A stretch of DNA of 64,000 nucleotides from Macrostomum lignano (Eukaryota), in assembly GCA_002269645.1 (NCBI GenBank), contig NIVC01000709.1:310001-374000 (forward strand). The letters run 5' to 3'. The position numbers and the translations under genes were made by a program. The notes under the pieces are model-generated. The model had not been told where the DNA came from and ran no database searches. It was given only the letters and a program-made list of their open reading frames with translations. This document shows positions 56,701-64,000 of the stretch, piece by piece; the first letter of the stretch is position 1; each line of letters opens with the position of its first letter.

Positions 56701-59700
56701 ATCAAGCTGATTCCCATTGACCAACTGCTCAATCCAGCTGATTCCCATTGACCAACTGCTCAATCCAGCTGATTCCCATTGACCAACTGCTCAATCCAGC
56801 TGATTCCCATTGACCAACTGCTCAATCAAGCTGATTCCCATTGACCAACTGCTCAATTCAGCTGATTCCCATTGACCAACTGCTCAATCAAGCTGATTCC
56901 CATTGACCAACTGCTCAATCAAGCTGATTCCCATTGACCAACTGCTCAATCCAGCTGATTCCCATTGACCAACTGCTCAATCAAGCTGATTCCCATTCTA
57001 CCATTGGTCAGGAGCAGCCGGCCCCGGCCGCCGGCCAGGCGTCGCCGCTGCTGCAGTACTTCAGTGTACTGCTGGACCTCGGCCGGCTCAACAAGGTGGA
57101 ATCGCTGGAGCTGTGCCGCCCGGTGCTGCAGCAGGGCCGTAAGCAGCTGGCCGAGAAGTGGCTCAAAGAGGACAAGCTCGAGTGCTCCGAGGAGCTCGGC
57201 GACCTCGCCCGCCCCGTGGACCTGCTGCTGGCCCTGAGCATCTATGTCCGGTCCAACAGCGCCGAGAAGGCCATCGACTGCTTCGCCGAGGCCGGCCAGT
57301 ACCAGAAGATTCCGCTGTACGCCAAGAAGGTCGCCTGCTCGCCCAACTATCCGGGCTTGCTGAGGAAGTTGTGCAAGCAGAACCCGGAGCACGCTCTGCA
57401 GCTGTCCCTGCTGCTGCTGCAGGTGAGGCGTCGTGTTGCCGCGCTTCTGAATGGGTCACGTGACCTCTCATCATGGGGTCACGTGACCTCTTCTTGATCA
57501 TGGGGTCACATGACCTCTTCTTGATTATGGGGTCACATGACTTCTTCTTGTTCATGGGTCACATGACTTCTTCTAGCTAAGGGGTCACGTGACCTCCTCT
57601 CGCCATGGGGTCACGTGATTGCTTCTCAGCATAGAGTTATATAGGATCTCAAACTCCAACATCTGCTCTCTCATTGTAGCACCTGACCGCTCATTAAAGC
57701 AGCAGATCTCCAATTATGCAATAGAAATCAAAATATAAAATTGACAAATGCTCGCCATCACCTGCAGGAAGCTGAGCCTCCAATCGAACTGTCCGATGCA
57801 ATGGACATCCTGATGGAGCACAAGCTGCTGAAGGAGTGCACCAGTCTGGCGCTGAACGTCCTGAAGCCCAACAGGCCCGAAGATGCCAGGCTGCAGACCA
57901 AAATTCTGGAGATTAACATTAATGAGGCCCCGCAGGTGACTGCCACTGCTACCTCAAATCTCCAGTTTCTGGGCCGCCCTCCAGATCCTCAGTTGCTGGG
58001 CCGCCCTCCAGATCCTCAGTCGCTGGGCCAGCCTCCCAGATCCTCAGTTGCTGGGCCAGCCTCCCAGATCCTCAGTTGCTGGGCCAGCCTCCCAGATCCT
58101 CAGTTGCTGGGCCAGCCTCCCAGATCCTCAGTTGCTGGGCCAGCCTCCCAGATCCTCAGTTGCTGGGCCAGCCTCCCAGATCCTCAGTTGCTGGGCCAGC
58201 CTCCCAGATCCTCAGTTACTGGGCCAGCCTCCCAGATCCCCAGTTGCTGTGCCAGCCTCCCAGATCCTCAGTTGCTGGGCCAGCCTCCCAGATCCTCAGT
58301 TGCTGGGCCAGCCTCCCAGATCCTCAGTTGCTGGGCCAGCCTCCCAGATCCTCAGTTACTGGGCCAGCCTCCCAGATCCCCAGTTGCTGTGCCAGCCTCC
58401 CAGATCCTCAGTTGCTGGGCCAGCCTCCCAGATCCTCAGTTGCTGGGCCAGCCTCCCAGATCCTCAGTTACTGGGCCAGCCTCCCAGATCCTCAGTTGCT
58501 GGGCCAGCCTCCGAGATCCTCAGTTGCTGGGCCACCCTCCCAGATCCTCAGTTGCTGGGCCAGCCTCCCAGATCCCCAGTTGCTGTGCCAGCCTCCCAGA
58601 TCCTCAGTTGCTGGGCCAGCCTCCCAGATCCTCAGTTGCTGGGCCAGCCTCCCAGATCCTCAGTTGCTGGGCCAGCCTCCCAGATCCTCAGTTGCTGGGC
58701 CAGCCTCCCAGATCCTCAGTTGCTGGGCCAGCCTCCCAGATCCTCAGTTGCTGGGCCAGCCTCCCAGATCCTCAGTTGCTGTGCCAGCCTCCCAGATCCT
58801 CAGTTGCTGGGCCAGCCTCCCAGATCCTCAGTTGCTGGGCCAGCCTCCCAGATCCTCAGTTACTGGGCCAGCCTCCCAGATCCCCAGTTGCTGTGCCAGC
58901 CTCCCAGATCCTCAGTTGCTGGGCCAGCCTCCCAGATCCTCAGTTGCTGGGCCAGCCTCCCAGATCCTCAGTTGCTGGGCCAGCCTCCCAGATCCTCAGT
59001 TACTGGGCCAGCCTCCCAGATCCTCAGTTGCTGTGCCAGCCTCCCAGATCCTCAGTTGCTGGGCCAGCCTCCCAGATCCTCAGTTGCTGGGCCAGCCTCC
59101 CAGATCCTCAGTTACTGGGCCAGCCTCCCAGATCCTCAGTTGCTGGGCCAGCCTCCGAGATCCTCAGTTGCTGGGCCACCCTCCCAGATCCTCAGTTGCT
59201 GGGCCAGCCTCCCAGATCCCCAGTTGCTGTGCCAGCCTCCCAGATCCTCAGTTGCTGGGCCAGCCTCCCAGATCCTCAGTTGCTGGGCCAGCCTCCCAGA
59301 TCCTCAGTTACTGGGCCAGCCTCCCAGATCCCCAGTTGCTGTGCCAGCCTCCCAGATCCTCAGTTGCTGGGCCAGCCTCCCAGATCCTCAGTTGCTGGGC
59401 CAGCCTCCCAGATCCCCAGTTGCTGTGCCAGCCTCCCAGATCCTCAGTTGCTGGGCCAGCCTCCCAGATCCCCAGTTGCTGGGCCAGCCTCCCAGATCCC
59501 CAGTTGCTGGGCCTCCCAGATCCCCAGTTGATGGGCCAGCCTCCCAGATCCCCAGTTGATGGGCCAGCCTCCCAGATCCTCAGTTGCTGGGCCAGCCTCC
59601 CAGATCCCCAGTTGATGGGCCAGCCTCCCAGATCCCCAGTTTGAGACCTTCAATACACAGTTCGCACCTCTAACTGCCGCAGGTGGCTGACGCCATCCTG

Positions 59701-62700
59701 AGCTCCGGGATGTTCACCCACTACGACCGTCAGCGAGTCGCCAACCTGTGCGAGAAGGTCGGCCTTGTTCAGCGCGCCCTGGAGCACTTCACCGACATGT
59801 ACGACATTCGCCGCGCCATCGGGTCGGGCCAGGGCCTCAGCCCCGAGTGGCTCTTGCAGTACTTCGGCACCCTGAGCCCCTCGGATTCCATGGACTGCCT
59901 GAAGGCCATGCTGGCCGGGAATCTGCGACAGAACCTGCAGATCTGCGCTCAGATTGCGGCCAAGTAAGGCTCGCATGACTGACCCACTTATTATATGGTT
60001 GACCCACCTGTTATATGATTGACCCACCTGTTATATGATGGACTCACCTGTTATAGGATTGACCTGCCTGTTCTCGAATATTTGACCAAACTGCATTTTA
60101 TTAGCTCACGGCCACCCGATGTACGAATGATCCATCAGATGTGTGAATGACCCATCAGATGTGTAAATGACCCATCAGATGTGTGAGTGACCCACCAGAT
60201 GTGTGAATGACCCATCAGATGTGTGAATGACCAATCAGATGTTTGAATGACCCATCAGATGTGTGAATGACCCATCAGATGTGTGAATGACCAATCAGAT
60301 GTTTGAATGAACCATCAGATCTGTGAATGACCCATCAGATGTGTGAATGACCTATCAGATGTGTGAATGACTCATCAGATGTGTGAATGACCAATCAGAT
60401 GTTTGAATGACCCATCAGATGTGTGAATGACCCACCAGATGTGTGAATGACCCATCAGATGTGTGAATGACCCATCAGATGTGTGAATGACCCATCAGAT
60501 GTGTGAATGACCCATCAGATGTGTGAATGACCCACCAGATGTGTGAATGACCCATCAGATGTGTGAATCACCCATCAGATGTGTAAATGACCCATCAGAT
60601 GTGTAAATGACCCATCAGATGTGTGAGTGACCCACCAGATGTGTGAATGACCCATCAGATGTGTGAATGACCCATCAGATGTGTAAATCACCCACCAGAT
60701 GTGTAAGTGACCCACTAGATGTGTGAGTGACCCACTAGATGTGTAAGTGACCCACTAGATGTGTGAGTGACCCACCAGATGTGTGAATGACCCACCAGAT
60801 GTGTGAATGACCCATGGCACAATGCCCATCAATCGCTCTCCTATCCCCAGATACCACGAGCAACTGGGCACTGTGCAGCTCATCGACCTGTTCGAATCCT
60901 TCAAATCCCACGATGGAGTTCTCTACTACTTGTCCGGCGTCCTGGGCTCGAGCTCTGACCCGGAAGTTCACTTCCGCTATATCCAAGCCGCCTGCCGCGC
61001 CGGCCAGACCCAGGAGCTCGAGCGGGTGGTGCGCGAGTCCGCGTCCTACGAGCCGGAGCGGGTGAAGAACTTCCTGAAGGACGCGGGACTGGCGGACCAG
61101 CTGCCGCTGCTCATTGTGTGCGACAGGTTCGACTTTATCAGCGACCTGGTGCTGCACCTGTACCGCCAGCCGCAGCTGCACAAGTACCTGGAGATTTTCG
61201 TGCAGAAGGTTTGTGTCCTCTGACCCAAATTTACATTCTGACTGAAATCTATTTGGAATGAAATTCACAAGCAACTTTCCATCTGTTGATCAGTTAATAG
61301 ACTCCCTGACTCGAATCTCCCTGACCCGAAATACCTATCACTTGAATTCCCTCCGAACCTAATTCCCCTGACCCGAATTCCCCTGACCCGATGCCGAATT
61401 CCCCTGACCCGAATTCCCCTGACCCGAATTCCCCCTGACCCGAATTCCCCCTGACCCGAATTCCCCCTGACCCGAATTCCCCCTGACCCGAATTCCCCCT
61501 GACTCGAATTCCCCTGACCCGAATTCCCCTAACCCGAATTCCCCCTGACCCGAATTCCCCTAACCGAATTCCCCTGACCCGAATTCCCCTGACTCGAATT
61601 CCCCTGACCCGAATTCCCCTGACCCGAATTCCCCTGACCCGAATTCCCCCTGACCCGAATTCCCCCTGACTCGAATTCCCCTAACCCGAATTTCCCCTGA
61701 CCCGAATTCCCCTGACCCGAATTCCCCCTGACCCGAATTCCCCTGACCCGAATTCCCCCTGACCCGAATTCCCCCTGACCCGAATTCCCCTGACCCGAAT
61801 TCCCCTGACCCGAATTCCCCTGACCCGAATTCCCCCTGACCCGAATTCCCCTGACCCGAATTCCCCTGACCCGAATTCCCCTGACCCGAATTCCCCCTGA
61901 CCCGAATTCCCCCTGACCCGAATTCCCCTAACCCGAATTCCCCCTGACCCGAATTCCCCTGACCCGAATTCCCCTGACCCGAATTCCCCCTGACCCGAAT
62001 TCCCTTGGCCAGGTGAATCCGGCCCGCCTGCCGGAGGTGGTGGCGGCCCTGCTGGAGCTGGACTGCCCGGAGGACACGGTCCGCCAGCTCGTCAGCCTGG
62101 CCGGCACCGACTTCTCAGTCGAGGCGCTGGTGGAGGCCGCCGAGTCGCGCAACCGGCTCCGCCTGCTGCAGTCTTGGCTGGAAGCGCGGTCGGCTAACGG
62201 CGACACGCAGGCCGCGGTGCACAACGCCCTGGCGAAGATCTACATCGACACCAACACCGGGGCTGAGCGGTTCCTGCGGGACAATCAGCACTATGACTCC
62301 AAGGTGGTCGGCCGGTACACGGAGAAGCGGAATCCCAACCTGGCCGTGCTGGCCTACGAGCGGGGCGGCTGCGCCGATGACCTCATCCGAGTGTGCCAGG
62401 AGAACTCCTTCTACAAGACGCTGGCCAGGTTCCTGGTCAGGCGCAAGGATGAGGCATTATGGACCAGCGTGCTCAGGGAGCCATCGGATCACAGGAGGCA
62501 GCTCATTGATCAGGTGAGTTTGGCTTTTGCTGCTTAGTTATCTTGTCACTCTAGGTAGCTGCTACCTTGTCACTCTAGGTAGCTGCTACCTTGTCACTCT
62601 AGGTAGCTGCTACCTTGTCACTCTAGCTAATGTACCTTGTCACTCTAGCTAGCGTACCTTGTCACTCTAGCTAGCGTACCTTGTCACTCTAGCTAGCGTA

Positions 62701-63650
62701 CCTTGTCACTCTAGCTAGCGTACCTTGTCACTCTAGCTAGCGTACCTTGTCACTCTAGCTAGCGTACCTTGTCACTCTAGCTAGCGTACCTTGTCACTCT
62801 AGCTAGCGTACCTTGTCACTCTAGGCAGCTACCTTGTCACTCTAGCTAGCGTACCTTGTCACTCTAGCTAGCGTACCTTGTCACTCTAGCTAGCGTACCT
62901 TGTCACTCTAGCTAGCGTACCTTGTCACTCTAGGCAGCTACTTTGTCACTCTGGGTAGCTACCTTGTCAATTTATGTACTCCTTGTCACTCTAGTTAGCT
63001 ACCTTGTCACTCTAGCTAGCGTACCTTTTCAATCTAGTTAGCTACCTTTTCAATCTAGTTAGCTACCTTTTCAATCTAGTTAGCTACCTTTTCACTCTAG
63101 GTAGCTACCTTGTCACTCTAAGTAGCTACCTTGTCACTCTAGGCAGCTACGAGTACCTTGTCACTCTAGGTAGCTACCTAGGGCGCTAGGCCGCTACCTT
63201 GTCACTCTCTTTTATTCATACTCCTAGTCATTTGAGAAACCTGGTCACCCACCAGTACACTGTGTCGCCAAGCCTCCCAACCCGACGCCCCTCACCGGCC
63301 CGCAGGTGGTGCAGACGGCCCTCGGCGAGACCACGGATGCGGAGGAGATCTCCGCGACGGTCCGCGCCTTCATGCTGGCCGAGCTGCCGAACCACCTGCT
63401 GGAGCTGCTTGAGAAAATCGTCCTGGACAGCAGCGCCTTCTCCGAGCACCGCAACCTGCAGAACCTGCTGATCCTGACGGCCATCAAGGCGGACAAGGCC
63501 CGGGTGATGGACTACGTCACCAAGCTGGACAACTTCGACGGGCCGCAGGTGGCCAACCTGGCCATTGCCGGCCAGCTGTACGAGGAGGCCTTCGCCATCT
63601 TTGTGAAATTCCGCTCCAATTTAGACGCCGCCAAAGTGCTCATCGATCAC
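50765..63650 (+). CDS. CLTC: Clathrin heavy chain, exons 1-11 (gene continues beyond the window)
   Basis: Exons 50765-50833, 51809-52000, 53174-53409, 53923-54427, 55551-55787, 57012-57422, 57768-57935, 59683-59963, 60851-61208, 62013-62513, 63306-63650, with consistent phases. Motifs [78 protein letters not shown]. Confidence 0.97.
52050..53095. repeat. 23-bp minisatellite (tctcaataactgcctcactggca)
   Basis: Clathrin intron 2. Confidence 0.93.
53445..53805. repeat. C-rich repeat of about 14 bp (cccaacctcccatt / cccaatctccctt)
   Basis: Clathrin intron 3. Confidence 0.88.
54470..55512. repeat. 16-bp minisatellite (ctagctgcaccctcc[a/g])
   Basis: Clathrin intron 4. Confidence 0.93.
55820..56997. 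repeat. Compound array: purine-rich unit of about 20 bp (gggagatgagagactggga), then a 31-bp unit (gaccaactgctcaatccagctgattcccatt)
   Basis: Clathrin intron 5. Confidence 0.9.
57960..59642. repeat. 28-bp minisatellite (gctgggccagcctcccagatcctcagtt)
   Basis: Clathrin intron 7, about 60 copies. It explains the 500-600 aa spurious ORFs. Confidence 0.95.
60125..60815. repeat. 20-bp minisatellite (cccatcagatgtgtgaatga)
   Basis: Clathrin intron 8. Confidence 0.93.
61310..62005. repeat. 15/16-bp minisatellite (cccgaattcccctga)
   Basis: Clathrin intron 9. Confidence 0.93.
62535..63180. repeat. 22-bp minisatellite (gtcactctagctagcgtacctt)
   Basis: Clathrin intron 10. Confidence 0.92.
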
Positions 63651-63799
63651 GTGAGTCCTGCGGGGGGGCTCGGGTTGCCGGTGATGAGTCACTCGATGAC
63701 CGAAATATTCTGTCATGAATCATTCCACATTGGCGTAGCAGTCTTGAACTTATGAATTGCTTCGCGTTAATAAAACACTCTTGATTTAGCGGAGTACAG

Positions 63800-64000
63800 A
63801 TATTGAGTCACTCCAGATTGGTTGATCACACAATGAGTCACTCCAGATTGGTTGATCACACAATGAGTCACTCCAGATTGGTTGATCACACAATGAGTCA
63901 CTCTAGATTGGTTGATCACACAATGAGTCACTCTAGATTGGTTGATCACACAATGAGTCACTCCAGATTGGTTGATCACACAATGAGTCACTCTAGATTG
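63800..64000. repeat. 30-bp minisatellite (gagtcactccagattggttgatcacacaat)
   Basis: Clathrin intron 11, running off the end of the window. Confidence 0.9.

Noticed and set aside
57741-59644. 500-600 aa ORFs overlapping clathrin exon 7
   Set aside because: They are read-through of the 28-bp array in three frames. The clathrin frame is restored by a canonical intron at 57936-59682.

Overview
Eukaryotic (animal) genomic DNA with spliced GT-AG genes, many transposable elements and intronic minisatellites. The style suggests a free-living flatworm such as Macrostomum, but that is inference only. Host genes reconstructed by hand with consistent exon phases: inositol-trisphosphate 3-kinase (+, 5531-12494), a divergent rhodopsin-like GPCR (-, 18671-21086), an intronless 259-aa methyltransferase-fold ORF (+, 28987-29766), gamma-glutamyl transpeptidase (-, 36570-42463), a METTL27/WBSCR27-like methyltransferase with two candidate first exons (+, 44971-47228), and the first 11 exons of a divergent clathrin heavy chain (+, 50765 onward, continuing past the window). 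There are also pseudogenised ALK/LTK glycine-rich-domain-like exons. Mobile DNA: a near-intact Mag-like Ty3/gypsy element in IP3K intron 1, an internally deleted second gypsy, a probable solo LTR, a 5'-truncated RNase H-bearing non-LTR element whose empty site survives in a local duplication, two tRNA-derived SINE families, hAT and PIF-like MITEs, a MULE-like element and Tc1/IS630-like remnants. No bacterial-type system and no CRISPR array is present. The most notable observations are the possibly horizontally acquired ORF, the one-minisatellite-per-intron architecture with shared repeat families at dispersed sites, the local duplication of the GGT 3' end, the duplicated first exon of the methyltransferase, and an AUG-less gag.
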